Origin: an uncultured Gammaproteobacteria bacterium
GTDB lineage: Bacteria > Patescibacteriota > Microgenomatia > 2-02-FULL-39-11
Assembly: GCA_964544585.1 (NCBI GenBank)
Contig: CAZJBV010000004.1
Span: 5,169-69,168 of the forward strand
DNA: 64,000 nucleotides
Direction: 5' to 3'
Position 1 is the first letter of the stretch; each line of letters begins with the position of its first letter. The notes beneath the pieces were generated by a model. The model saw only the letters and a program-made list of their open reading frames with translations, was not told where the DNA came from and did no database searches. Positions 38,087 to 48,582 of this stretch are shown here, piece by piece. The translations under genes were made by a program, and so were the position numbers.

Positions 38087-39562
38087 ATGCGTTTTCCTTC
38101 TCTCTCTTTAGTCATTTTTCTTATATCTTTTATAATCAATCTTTATTTTTCAAGTCTCGGACTTGACTTTCCCCTCGCCGACCCCCATGGCTTTCGCCAA
38201 GCCCAAACCGCCATCGCCACTTATTATTTTCTCAAAGACGGCTTACGGCTAGATTATTGGACCCCAGCCCTTGGTCCCCCTTGGTCTATCCCTATGGAAT
38301 TCCCTCTCTTCCAAAGTTTTGTGGCTATTTTTGTCAGTCTGACAAATATTCCACTAGATATCTCTGGACGACTTGTTTCTTTAATCTTTTTTTATACCAT
38401 GCTTCCTATCCTTTATGCTATATTAGCTAAACTTAAGATCCCTCAAAACCACCGCTTTTTACTTTTATCCTTTCTCCTCCTCTCCCCCATTTATCTTTTT
38501 TGGTCGCGCGCATTTCTCATCGAATCCCTCGGCCTCATTTTATCTCTTCTCTACTTCTTTTTTGCAATGAAAATGCGGGAAGAGAATTATAAATTGCTAT
38601 TTATTTTATTAGCCGTCTTTGTCGGAACACTAGCCGCCATAGTAAAAATAACTACATTTGTTTTAATAATAATCCCTCTAATTTGTTACTTTATTTATAG
38701 TTTTCCCAAAAAAGCTCGCTTTCTCCATCTCTACCAGAAAGCAATTATTCTTTTGGTCATCATAGCAATCCCTCTCCTTATCAATCTTATCTGGGTTTCT
38801 TATGCCGATTCCTTAAAAGAGTTAAATCCAATTGCAAATGGATTACTCACTTCAGAGGATATGTCAGAATGGAATTATGGCACGCTTTCACAAAAACTTT
38901 CCTGGTCAACGTGGGATGGCATTTTCTTACATATCAAGCGCTCTTTAATAGGTATTCCCCAACTTTTACTAATCCCACTTTTGTCAATTTTTATAAAACA
39001 TCGATATAGAGCTTTTGCACTCATTTCTTTTATAACATTCCTCTTAGGACCCATCATCTTCACCAATCTCTATTTCGTCCACGATTACTATTATTATGCC
39101 AATACCATTTATCTTCTTCTTGCTTTAGGCTTCACCATTCTTGGAATTCTAACTAAACCATTTATGTACATCCTTGCCACCATTTTTTTTCTAATTCTTT
39201 TTTTAAAAACTTACAAAAACACATATTATCAGTATCAAGTTTATCCAAACTATGAACTTGTTGAGATCGGAAATGCGATCCAAAATAATACAAATGAGGA
39301 AGATATAATTCTCATTTACGGTCACAGCTGGAGTCCCGAAATCCCCTATTATGCTCAAAGAAAAGCAATTACTGATATGTGGGGTCTAACTCTACAAAAT
39401 TCCAAGATTTCCCAAAGTATCAATCTCGCCGGTAAAGAAAATATTAAAGCAATGTTTATAGTCTACTATCCTGAATCTTTTATAAAAGAACGCGTTGCCT
39501 ATTTCAATTTTAAAAATGATCCCGTATTCGTAAATTCCCGAGGTCTTCTTTACATAAAATAA
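38087..39562 (+). CDS. Polytopic membrane protein, putative glycosyltransferase (family unassigned)
   Basis: 491 aa, >10 TM helices, locally GC-rich 5' region. Confidence 0.35.
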   Translation: MRFPSLSLVIFLISFIINLYFSSLGLDFPLADPHGFRQAQTAIATYYFLKDGLRLDYWTPALGPPWSIPMEFPLFQSFVAIFVSLTNIPLDISGRLVSLIFFYTMLPILYAILAKLKIPQNHRFLLLSFLLLSPIYLFWSRAFLIESLGLILSLLYFFFAMKMREENYKLLFILLAVFVGTLAAIVKITTFVLIIIPLICYFIYSFPKKARFLHLYQKAIILLVIIAIPLLINLIWVSYADSLKELNPIANGLLTSEDMSEWNYGTLSQKLSWSTWDGIFLHIKRSLIGIPQLLLIPLLSIFIKHRYRAFALISFITFLLGPIIFTNLYFVHDYYYYANTIYLLLALGFTILGILTKPFMYILATIFFLILFLKTYKNTYYQYQVYPNYELVEIGNAIQNNTNEEDIILIYGHSWSPEIPYYAQRKAITDMWGLTLQNSKISQSINLAGKENIKAMFIVYYPESFIKERVAYFNFKNDPVFVNSRGLLYIK

Positions 39563-40314
39563 TGTACGATTTTTTTTACCAAAAAAGACACCCTGCCTTC
39601 TTAGAAAAAATCTTCCTCCGTTCAAGTCTAAATATACTTTCCGTCCTCCTCCAAGAATTTCCCTTAAAAAAATCTCTCTCCTTCCTAGAATTAGGTCCAG
39701 GTAAAGGATATTTTTTAAAAGCTATAAAAGAATCAAAAATAAAAATTTCGTATACTGCGGTTGATCAAAATGAATTAGTTCTCAAAAATATTACCACACT
39801 CAAAAAATATAAATCGACTCTTCCTAAACTGCCTAAATTCTATCAAAAGTTCGACTGTATCTATGGAGCCTATCTCATAGAACATCTTAAATCGGGAGAC
39901 GAGCTTTACGAACTCATCCTAAACTGCAAAAAATACTTAAAAAAGGGAGGAATTATCTCTTTTCTTGCCCCCGATGTACTAGATCAAAAATTTGAATTCT
40001 ACGCAGCAGATTATACTCATCAGTATCCAGTCACCAAAAGAAATGTTTCTCTCATTTTTCAAGATATTGGCTTCACAAATCTCGTCATTTATGAGGGTAG
40101 TGATCTTTGCTTTTATCTCACCTCCAATCCGTCTTTTTGGAAACCCATTTTGTGGCTCTCCAAATTACTATTATTTTTCTACAACTACCATCTATTTTCA
40201 TTCATCTTTTCCCCTATTTATAAAAATAAAGACTATGAACTCGATAATTGGTTTTATCGCTTTTACTCTTTTACCAAAGTAAAAAACCTTCTCTTTATTG
40301 CCAAAAATGAATAA
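39562..40314 (+). CDS. SAM-dependent methyltransferase with C-terminal hydrophobic segment
   Basis: Motif I LELGPGKGYFL; acidic D at the end of beta2 (AVDQNE). Confidence 0.5.
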   Translation: MYDFFYQKRHPAFLEKIFLRSSLNILSVLLQEFPLKKSLSFLELGPGKGYFLKAIKESKIKISYTAVDQNELVLKNITTLKKYKSTLPKLPKFYQKFDCIYGAYLIEHLKSGDELYELILNCKKYLKKGGIISFLAPDVLDQKFEFYAADYTHQYPVTKRNVSLIFQDIGFTNLVIYEGSDLCFYLTSNPSFWKPILWLSKLLLFFYNYHLFSFIFSPIYKNKDYELDNWFYRFYSFTKVKNLLFIAKNE

Positions 40315-41443
40315 AAAAATAGTTTCCGTCATCATGCCTTGTCTCAATGAAGAGCAAACGATAAAAACGAGCATCAAATGGGCAAAAATTGGCCTTTCTA
40401 AACTTCCTAAGAGTTACTCAGGTGAAATTATTGTTGTCGATAATGGCTCAACTGATAAATCGAAAAAGTTGGCAAAGAAAGAAAAAGTCAAAGTATTTTC
40501 CCAAGATATCAAAGGTTATGGCAGGGCTTATATTACAGGTTTAAATAAGTCTTCTGGCCAATACATTGTCATAGGAGATAGCGACGCAACCTACGACTTC
40601 AGACTCCTACCCCTTTTTATTAAAAAACTTGAACAGGGATACGAACTCGTCTTGGGCTCACGCTTAAAAGGTCACGCCAAACCTCGTAAAATGTCTTTTA
40701 CTCATCAATATATCGGCAACCCTATCTTGACTTTTTTGCTCAATCTATTTTATGGAAGCCAAATAACAGACGCCCATACCGGCATGAGAGCATTTACCAA
40801 ACATACCTACCATAAATTAAATATGAAAGGCAAAGGCATGGAATTTGCCTCAGAAATGATCATCAAAGCCATTTATCATAATCTAAAAATTGCCGAAATT
40901 CCTATCCCTTATTACAAAAGGCTTGGCAAATCAAAGCTCCTTCCCTTACCCGACGCCTATAGACACATTAAATATATTCTTCTTTACTCACCAACCTACG
41001 TTTTCGTCATGCCGGGACTTATTTTATTCTTAACTGGCTCAATTATTTCAATTGCCCTTTTGCCCGGAGGGCTTATATTTTTGGGCAGGTTTTTCGATAT
41101 TCATACCATGAGTATAGGAATACTCTTTGCCAGCCTTGGTGTTCAACTTATTCTTTTGGGAGTTTTTTCCAGGCTCTATACAAGATACACATTAAGCCTC
41201 CCTAGCGGCCCCTTAGGTAACTTTTTGACCAACAATCTCACTACGGGAAGACTCTTATTGTTTGGAAGCCTAATTATTTTGGTAGCCACAATCATAATCG
41301 GAACTATTACTCTAAATTGGATAGGAGCCAATTTTGGTGCCCTCTCCAAGGTTAGAGAATTCATATTTGCCATAGGACTATCTGTCATTGGCATACAAAT
41401 TCTTTTCTCCTCCTTTTTATTTGGACTACTTAAAGAAGAATAA
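40298..41443 (+). CDS. Family 2 glycosyltransferase with C-terminal TM helices (GtrB/ArnC-like polyprenyl-phosphate sugar synthase)
   Basis: VSVIMPCLNEEQTI...IIVVDNGSTDKS... then 2-4 TM helices at the C-terminus. Confidence 0.75.
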   Translation: MPKMNKKIVSVIMPCLNEEQTIKTSIKWAKIGLSKLPKSYSGEIIVVDNGSTDKSKKLAKKEKVKVFSQDIKGYGRAYITGLNKSSGQYIVIGDSDATYDFRLLPLFIKKLEQGYELVLGSRLKGHAKPRKMSFTHQYIGNPILTFLLNLFYGSQITDAHTGMRAFTKHTYHKLNMKGKGMEFASEMIIKAIYHNLKIAEIPIPYYKRLGKSKLLPLPDAYRHIKYILLYSPTYVFVMPGLILFLTGSIISIALLPGGLIFLGRFFDIHTMSIGILFASLGVQLILLGVFSRLYTRYTLSLPSGPLGNFLTNNLTTGRLLLFGSLIILVATIIIGTITLNWIGANFGALSKVREFIFAIGLSVIGIQILFSSFLFGLLKEE

Positions 41444-41444
41444 T

Positions 41445-42608
41445 ATGAGAATACTCATTACCATAGAATATTTTTATCCCCATATAGGCGGAGTCGAAAG
41501 AGCATTTCTAGAAATATCAAGACTACTTACTACCCGCGGTCATAAAGTATATATTTTAACCACTCAAGAAAACCCATCACTCAAAACAAAGTTTATAATT
41601 AAAGAAAAAATAAATGGCATCGAAGTAGTCCGACTCAATATACCCAATTTTGGCAGACGCTATATATTTCCACTTATTGTTTTTCCTCTCATGTTTATCC
41701 TTTTTAGTAAAGTAGACATAGTTCATTCCGCCAACAACTACACCATCTCTCTTCCCTCTTTTCTTTTTGCCCGCCTGACAGGAAAACCAATATCAATTAC
41801 AGTCTGGGAAATTTGGCACCATCTTTGGTTAGAGTTTTATCCTCCTTTTATAGGAATATTTTTTTGGGCATATGAAAGACTCACTCTCTCCCTTCCCTTT
41901 AATATGTTTATCTCACCCTCCAGATTTGTTTACAACCAATTAAAATCTATCCCAATCAATAAAAAGATAGTCATCTATCCCGCCGGAAAAAATCTTCATT
42001 TTAGTCAAAAAGCAAGAGCTAAGTTTAGAAAAAAATATAAAGCAGGCAAAAACTTTCTCTTTGTCTATTATGGACGATTCGCTCCAAATAAGGGTGTCGA
42101 AAACCTCATTCATGCACACTCAAAAGCTCTCAAAAAGTTAAAAAAAACAAAATTATTTCTCTTTATCCCCCAACCTGAGGAAAAAATTACTCATTCCATT
42201 CATAAAATCATTTCCAAAACACCAGCTAAAAACCTAATCTTTCTCTATCCCGGCATCCCAGAGCAGGATAATGAAACATTAACAGGCATCCTCTCTATGG
42301 CAGACGCCATTGTCATCCCAGATAAAACAGCAGCCTTTGGTCTTTCTGCACTCGAATCATCTGAGATGGAAAAACCCATCGTCATTACCAAAACAGGAGC
42401 ATTTCCAGAAGTCGTCTCAGGAAAAGTAGTTTTTGTTGATAAGGATTCTATCGAAAGTCTCAAAGATGGCTTAATAAAAGTTTATAATAAAAAATGGCAA
42501 ATTATTCCACCCAAAAAATTCTCTTGGAAAAAAACAGCAATTGAATATGAAAAAATATTTTTATCCCTTACTTCGCCAAAACCCACACTAAAGGCACAGT
42601 ATCAATAG
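41445..42608 (+). CDS. GT-B fold glycosyltransferase (GT4-like)
   Basis: MRILITIEYFYPHIGGVERAF N-terminus typical of GT4. C-terminal E-x7-E-like region (ALESSEMEKPIVITKTGAFPEVV). The start is trimmed to Met20. Confidence 0.6.
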   Translation: MRILITIEYFYPHIGGVERAFLEISRLLTTRGHKVYILTTQENPSLKTKFIIKEKINGIEVVRLNIPNFGRRYIFPLIVFPLMFILFSKVDIVHSANNYTISLPSFLFARLTGKPISITVWEIWHHLWLEFYPPFIGIFFWAYERLTLSLPFNMFISPSRFVYNQLKSIPINKKIVIYPAGKNLHFSQKARAKFRKKYKAGKNFLFVYYGRFAPNKGVENLIHAHSKALKKLKKTKLFLFIPQPEEKITHSIHKIISKTPAKNLIFLYPGIPEQDNETLTGILSMADAIVIPDKTAAFGLSALESSEMEKPIVITKTGAFPEVVSGKVVFVDKDSIESLKDGLIKVYNKKWQIIPPKKFSWKKTAIEYEKIFLSLTSPKPTLKAQYQ

Positions 42609-44085
42609 TTCTAGAATAGGCAATTTTTCCCCTCCCAATTTTTTCTGTCATAAATTTTTTTACCTCTTCATTCCAAAAAGAAGGCCGATTCAAGATCACA
42701 ACATAATCACTTTCCCAAAGATTCCTGGTATTTACTCTTTCCAAAAGATCATGTCTTAAATACATACTTGCAGAGCTTTGCGCCATAAAAATATTAATAG
42801 CTGAGCCCTTTTCAGCATTTTCATTTAACCATCCCACCGCTTCCTTCTGTGGAGTTCCCCAAAAGTCAATATCATATTTTCCGTTGGCTCCTCTTATACC
42901 TCCAACCAACAAATTATAGAAACTCGTCTGATAAGGATGATAAAAAACAATATTGTAGACAAGAGATCCAAAAATAAACAAAAGAAAAATTTTACTCTTT
43001 CTCAAATATGAATATACCACCATAAATCCGACAGCTGCTATTGCCGCAAGTGGAAAAAGTACTTCTAAAAAATGTCTTACCCCATCAATAACCGAAACAT
43101 TCGGCAGGAAAAATCTTAAAAGCGGAACAAAAAACCACAAAATTAAAAGTAAGTAAAAAGATCCCCTTTTAAGACTTATAAATAGACCAACTACAAAAAA
43201 AAGCAAAATAGATAGTGGAGTAGTAATTGCTAAATACAGATAAGGATAATAAAAAGGTATGTTTATCCCCGAACGATATGTTTCTCCCGAAAGTAGTACC
43301 GGCATATTAAATGTATTGTGAGAAAATGTATCCCGAAGTTCTATAAGTTTGGCAACTGGATCAGTCCAAAAAGGCCACCAGATAAAAAGCGCCGCCAAAG
43401 GAGCACTAATAAAATAAACCAAAACAATACGCATTGATTTATCCAATAGTTTTTTCCTCATCGAAATCAAAAGCCATAAGGCACAAATTATTGGAATATA
43501 AATGGCATTGACTTTTATAGAAAAAGCTATGCCAAAAAATAAAGAAGCCAAAAATAGGTCTATAAATTTTTTATTCCTCGAAAGTCTCCAAAAAAAGTAT
43601 ATTGATAAACAAAAAACGACTGCCACAGGAATATCCTTCATATTCACATGAAGATATCCAAAATAATTAGGCAAAAAACCTAAAATGAGAGCACCTATCA
43701 ATCCACCTCTCACTCCCAACGCCTGATATAAAAAAAAGTATAAAATCCCTACTCCAATAGAGCCATACAAAACAGAAGGCAAATTGTACGCCATATCAAA
43801 CGGAAGTAAATGAAGAGTCTCAAAGAGGATCTGATAAGAAAGTGCCGGAATTATTCCCATAATTGGACCAAATGGATCATCAATCGTCAATCGCGGATCA
43901 GGAGGAGTAAATGGCACCGGAGGAGGTTTATCTATCGAGGGAACGGCAATTCCTAATTGATGTAATCCTCCATAAAGATGGTAGTGAAAGTCCCAACTTA
44001 TTCCATAATCTTTCATTAAAAAAAGCTGGAGGACTAAATATAAAAAAGTAAAAAACAATCCAATTAAAATTTTATTTTTCTCCAT
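42568..44085 (-). CDS. PMT_2/GT39-like GT-C membrane glycosyltransferase
   Basis: 505 aa polytopic; first-loop GISWDFHYHLYGG. Confidence 0.45.
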   Translation of the reverse strand: MEKNKILIGLFFTFLYLVLQLFLMKDYGISWDFHYHLYGGLHQLGIAVPSIDKPPPVPFTPPDPRLTIDDPFGPIMGIIPALSYQILFETLHLLPFDMAYNLPSVLYGSIGVGILYFFLYQALGVRGGLIGALILGFLPNYFGYLHVNMKDIPVAVVFCLSIYFFWRLSRNKKFIDLFLASLFFGIAFSIKVNAIYIPIICALWLLISMRKKLLDKSMRIVLVYFISAPLAALFIWWPFWTDPVAKLIELRDTFSHNTFNMPVLLSGETYRSGINIPFYYPYLYLAITTPLSILLFFVVGLFISLKRGSFYLLLILWFFVPLLRFFLPNVSVIDGVRHFLEVLFPLAAIAAVGFMVVYSYLRKSKIFLLFIFGSLVYNIVFYHPYQTSFYNLLVGGIRGANGKYDIDFWGTPQKEAVGWLNENAEKGSAINIFMAQSSASMYLRHDLLERVNTRNLWESDYVVILNRPSFWNEEVKKFMTEKIGRGKIAYSRTIDTVPLVWVLAK

Positions 44086-46169
44086 ATGATATACAATCCC
44101 AGTCCACTTAATATACTTATGATAAGACCATATATATATATTCTTGGATAATAATAAAACTCTATTTCATGTTCTCCCTTTGGCACATAAATAGACCGGA
44201 AAGCATAATTACTCCTATAGACAGGAACATTTCTTCCATCAATAGTAGCCAACCATCCCGGGTAATAAATTTCAGACGAAGAAAGAAATCTTCCACAAGA
44301 TGAATTTGTCGTCAAAACAATTTTATTCGGTGTATGAAAAGATACCACCACACTCTCCCCCTTCTTATCCTCACAACCTAAATCAAAATTCTTTAAGTCT
44401 CCTATTTCTTTCCCTTCAAATAAAATAGTTTTTCCCAAATCAACTTTTCTTGCCAATATCGCCTCCTCTAATTCTTTCAAGTTGGGATAGACCATAGCTT
44501 GGCTTACAAGAAAAAATCTCGGTAAATATGATTTATTTTCATAAAGTCTGTATCTGTCACCCTCGGAAACTAGATTATAATTTTCTGTATTACCTCCTAT
44601 GGCATCAGCACTCTTATCCACTGTCACATATTTTACATTTAGAAAATCTATATAAGGAGAATCCGGTTGAGGCGGTGGTATCTCCACATTAAAGTATTGT
44701 GTCGAGGGATAAGAAGATCCATTAGACAAATCAATAAATCTGTAATATCGGGAAAGTATCATAGAATTATAATCACTCGTCGAATAAAATCTATACATGC
44801 TTGATGCACCGAAATCGATATCTCTTCTCACCGCTGAAATCACCGTAAAATCAGGCAATACTCTATAAAAATCTTTGCCATAAGAAATCTTTTTTACTAG
44901 TTGTTGATCAAATGTTTTTGTCGGAATATCAGCCAAACGAAAAAAATGGCGATCAACCAACAACAAATCTACCATCAAAACCACAATAAAAATTATCTTT
45001 ATAAATCGATATTTTATACTTCCCAAAATTATCCCAGACACCAAACTCAAAGAGAAAAAAACGACAAACATGTGTCTTACGGGAAATCTGTACGATGAAT
45101 AAAACGGAATATATTTCCATAAAATTTCATGAAGATTAATTGGAGAATTTATTCCCAAACTAATGATAAAAAAGAGAGGAACAACTAATACTAAAAAAAA
45201 CCAAACATCTTTCGATAATTTTTGTTTTTTGAACCTAAAAATAACAAACAAAACAAGCGTCAAAGGCAATATTCCCACATAATAAACGTACTCTGAAAGA
45301 TTAGGCCATGGCCCATTGTAGCTTTCCGGTAAACCAAAAATAAAAGGATTTACAAAAAGTTTGAATCCCTCATAAGGCATCGACCCGCTACTCGCCACTC
45401 CATAAGGTACACCCTCCGATCGAAGCGACAGTCTCAAAAATTCTAGTCTTGGTAAAACCTCCAATGCAGTAATACCCAATGAGAAGATAGCTATGACAAT
45501 AAGTAGCCCAAAATTTTTTATTAGAGTCCCCCATCTCCATCGCAAGCTAGTAAAAAAGAGAAACAAAATGTAAAGCCCCAGCAGTTCTAATGTGTAGAGA
45601 ATAAAAAGCTCATTGCCCGAAAGAAAAAGTAATCCAATCGATAATATCGCAAAAAGAATAGACTTCTTTTTATGATCAACAATTACTCGCTTTCCTAAAC
45701 CAAATGCCAGCGGCATCCATGCCGCCGTATCCATATATTCAGGATGTCCTGCATATAGACGCGCCGAAAAAAAGCTACCGAGACTATAAGAAATTGCGCA
45801 GAACAAGGCTCCATATCTATCTGTATATTGTCTGCCTAACCAATACATTGTTATACCAGCAATCACCATATGTAAAAACATGTAAATAGCAAAAGATTGA
45901 GATTGAGAAAATAAGATATAAATCCAATTTAGGGGATAAAATATATTTATATTTGGATGAGCCAAAAAAGGAGTCCCCGAAAAGTTATATGGATTCCAAA
46001 AGGGAATAGTCCCTGAGAGAAAACTCTCTCTCAGATATCCTTTCCAAAAATAATAAGCATCATAAATATCTCCGCCATAAATCATTTTTCCCTCTGGAGG
46101 ATTAAAATAAGGAAGAAAAAGGATAAAAGGTAAAATTAAAATTAAAAGAATTGGCAATAGTTTTTTCAC
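44064..46169 (-). CDS. YfhO-like large membrane protein (GT-C glycosyltransferase acting with a CsbB-like GT2)
   Basis: 701 aa; N-terminal GGDIYDAYYFWKGYLRESFLSGTIPFWNPYNFSGTPFLAHP resembles the YfhO family. It sits immediately downstream of a CsbB-like GT2. Confidence 0.4.
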   Translation of the reverse strand: MKKLLPILLILILPFILFLPYFNPPEGKMIYGGDIYDAYYFWKGYLRESFLSGTIPFWNPYNFSGTPFLAHPNINIFYPLNWIYILFSQSQSFAIYMFLHMVIAGITMYWLGRQYTDRYGALFCAISYSLGSFFSARLYAGHPEYMDTAAWMPLAFGLGKRVIVDHKKKSILFAILSIGLLFLSGNELFILYTLELLGLYILFLFFTSLRWRWGTLIKNFGLLIVIAIFSLGITALEVLPRLEFLRLSLRSEGVPYGVASSGSMPYEGFKLFVNPFIFGLPESYNGPWPNLSEYVYYVGILPLTLVLFVIFRFKKQKLSKDVWFFLVLVVPLFFIISLGINSPINLHEILWKYIPFYSSYRFPVRHMFVVFFSLSLVSGIILGSIKYRFIKIIFIVVLMVDLLLVDRHFFRLADIPTKTFDQQLVKKISYGKDFYRVLPDFTVISAVRRDIDFGASSMYRFYSTSDYNSMILSRYYRFIDLSNGSSYPSTQYFNVEIPPPQPDSPYIDFLNVKYVTVDKSADAIGGNTENYNLVSEGDRYRLYENKSYLPRFFLVSQAMVYPNLKELEEAILARKVDLGKTILFEGKEIGDLKNFDLGCEDKKGESVVVSFHTPNKIVLTTNSSCGRFLSSSEIYYPGWLATIDGRNVPVYRSNYAFRSIYVPKGEHEIEFYYYPRIYIYGLIISILSGLGLYIIWRKIKF

Positions 46170-46894
46170 TTATTGAATTCTTTTTTAACCATCAATTTCC
46201 ACCACAATTTTAAAAGATTAGTTCCTGTTTTATAAAGCCTATTAAAATTAAAAAACTGACTCTTCCCAGAAGTCCTCCAGAAGTGATGCACCGGTACCTC
46301 CGTAATAGTATATCCCGCATGATCTATCTTTTTCACCAATTCCACACAGATTGTTCCTGTATTTTCAAAGAGTTTTACTTTTGTAAATATTTCTCGCCGC
46401 ATAAGCCGAAAATCACAATCAGTATCGGCAATAGGAATTCCAAATGCTATCTTGACAATATAGTGATACATGCGCCCAGCAACAATTCTAAACCATGGAT
46501 CATTTCTTTTTATTTTATATCCATTTACCATTCCGATTCCGGGTTTCATTTTTTCATAAAGTAAAGCAAGTTCTCTAGGGTCATACTGGGCATCACAATC
46601 CGTATAGAAAATTAAGTCTTTCTTACAAGCACTAATACCGCTTCTTAAAGCCCCCCCATACCCCCTGTTTTTTTCGTGATGAACAATTCGAATTCTAGAT
46701 GAATTGAAAACTTCAACTACGGAATCAAGCGCAGCTGAATTTTCAGGCAAACTGCCATCATCAATGATTATCACTTCCCAATCATCCGTCAATTTTGAAA
46801 CATTTGATATCGAGAGTCCTACCAAGCTCCCCACCGTCCCCCAATCATTAAGAAAGGGAAAAAATATTGAAATAGAAGGTTTTTTTAACACCAT
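46166..46894 (-). CDS. Family 2 glycosyltransferase (CsbB/GtrB-like)
   Basis: IFFPFLND...VIIIDDGS...DCDAQYDP (DxD). Confidence 0.75.
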   Translation of the reverse strand: MVLKKPSISIFFPFLNDWGTVGSLVGLSISNVSKLTDDWEVIIIDDGSLPENSAALDSVVEVFNSSRIRIVHHEKNRGYGGALRSGISACKKDLIFYTDCDAQYDPRELALLYEKMKPGIGMVNGYKIKRNDPWFRIVAGRMYHYIVKIAFGIPIADTDCDFRLMRREIFTKVKLFENTGTICVELVKKIDHAGYTITEVPVHHFWRTSGKSQFFNFNRLYKTGTNLLKLWWKLMVKKEFNK

Positions 46895-46947
46895 TGTAAT
46901 GCCTGCATCATAGCAAATTTAAAAAGATAGTGTAATATAAAAGGAAA

Positions 46948-48582
46948 ATGCTAAAACTGTTAGAATCAAAAATCTTTTTTTTTCTGACTACAACCATCAT
47001 CATACTCTCATTAAACCTTACTCCATTAGTTCTTCAATATTCCCATTCTCCCCCCGGACGTACATTTGCCCTCATCCACAACAATACACAAGATTTCTTC
47101 TTCTACCAATCCCTTATGAATCAGGGGGCAGAAGGTAGCTTGTTGACTCGCGATTCCTACACCTCCGAACCACACCATTCTTCCATCATATTTTCCTATT
47201 TTCTTTGGTTTGGCAAAATAAGCAACCTACTCAATATACCCTATCCCATCATGTATCACTTAATTAGAATACTATTCGCCATCCTTTTTCTTCTTTCTGC
47301 CTACTTCCTCCTTTTTGCCTTTTCCGTCCCTCACCCACGATTAACTTACTTCCTCTTTCTCTTTGCCGCACCCCTCATGCATCAAATAGAAGATGGCGGA
47401 ACAACAAGAGAAGTTGAATATATGTACTGGTGGACCGGAATGGATCCAATAAGACGCGCCGCCTACCTTCCCCACCACGCAATCGGAGCTTTCCTCCTGG
47501 TTTTATCAATGATTCTCATAGTAAGGTTTATTAAAAAACCACAGCGCAAATATATCATTTGGCTTTCAATATTCGCCATAATCTTAGCATTTATCCATAC
47601 TCCTAGCTTATTTATCCTCTTAATCACCCTACCCGGAGCTCTCTTTATTTATAATTTAAATTTCATTAAAAATTTCAAATTTCAAATTTCAAATTATTTT
47701 CCTTTATTGGTTTATTGGTTTATTGGTTTACTAGCCTTATTGTTTATGGTCTCCCAAACCCAAAAAGGCTTTCCCTGGAGTCAATACATAGAATGGGAAA
47801 AAAGCCTCCAATTCCCTCTGGATAAAGAACTTATCGGTGCCTTTGGATTTCTTTTCCCCTTTTCTCTCGTAGGAATAGTAAAAGCACTAAAAACTAAAGA
47901 ATTTCCTTTTATTCTTGTCGCCACTTGGTTTATTTTTCCACTTTTTCTCATCCCTTTTTCTCCAATGTTAAATATCTCCAATATCCGCCTGATTCAGGGT
48001 ATTCCATATCTTCCACTTGCCATTCTGGGAGTTTTAGGCATGAAAACAATTGGTAATTTACTCCTAAAAACTCCCCTACCTTTTTTCTCGCGGCTCAAAA
48101 ATTGGCATATAATTTCAATTTGGTACGGGATTTTTACTATATTATTTATCATCTTTACCTTCCCTACCATAATCTGGAGTATTAAAGACCAAACTCGGGA
48201 ATTCTGGGCCATTTATGGCAATGTCTATTTTGACAATAGACTTATAGAAGCATTTAGTTTCATGAATCAGAAACTTCCCCAGAACACAGTCACAGTTGCC
48301 ACATTTTATGCTGGAAATTATATTCCCGCATTTACAAATACCACCAGTTTTATCGGTCACTCTGGTTACACATATAATCTTTCCCAAAAAGAGCCACTCG
48401 TCAAAAGATTTTTCGAGGGGAATATGTCCGACCAAGAAACCAGAGAGTTTATCTCTTCAAACAATATTGACGTAGTCTTCCAAGGTCCCGAAGAAATGAT
48501 TTTATTCGGTAGAGAACTCTACCCCAATGTTTTAAGACCCATTTTCAATAATGGGGTTGTCATTCTCTATAAAATGATATAG
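46948..48582 (+). CDS. Member of 7-copy paralogous ~540-aa polytopic membrane protein family
   Basis: ALIHNNTQDFFFYQSLMNQGAEGSLLTRDSYTSEPHH; C-terminal FIGHSGYTYN...VVFQGPEE. Confidence 0.45.
   Translation: MLKLLESKIFFFLTTTIIILSLNLTPLVLQYSHSPPGRTFALIHNNTQDFFFYQSLMNQGAEGSLLTRDSYTSEPHHSSIIFSYFLWFGKISNLLNIPYPIMYHLIRILFAILFLLSAYFLLFAFSVPHPRLTYFLFLFAAPLMHQIEDGGTTREVEYMYWWTGMDPIRRAAYLPHHAIGAFLLVLSMILIVRFIKKPQRKYIIWLSIFAIILAFIHTPSLFILLITLPGALFIYNLNFIKNFKFQISNYFPLLVYWFIGLLALLFMVSQTQKGFPWSQYIEWEKSLQFPLDKELIGAFGFLFPFSLVGIVKALKTKEFPFILVATWFIFPLFLIPFSPMLNISNIRLIQGIPYLPLAILGVLGMKTIGNLLLKTPLPFFSRLKNWHIISIWYGIFTILFIIFTFPTIIWSIKDQTREFWAIYGNVYFDNRLIEAFSFMNQKLPQNTVTVATFYAGNYIPAFTNTTSFIGHSGYTYNLSQKEPLVKRFFEGNMSDQETREFISSNNIDVVFQGPEEMILFGRELYPNVLRPIFNNGVVILYKMI
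47671..47730. repeat. (AATTTCA)x3 followed by (TTTATTGG)x3 tandem repeats inside the CDS
   Basis: Read directly: 47671-47691 and 47704-47727. They encode KFQISN and LVYWFIGL. Confidence 0.8.

Noticed and set aside
38160-38300. Locally GC-rich stretch at the 5' end of gene 38087..39562 as possible foreign insertion
   Set aside because: It is in frame and encodes a plausible Pro/Gly/Trp-rich loop (PLADPHGFRQAQTA...WTPALGPPWS), with no flanking repeats, so it is most likely just coding constraint.
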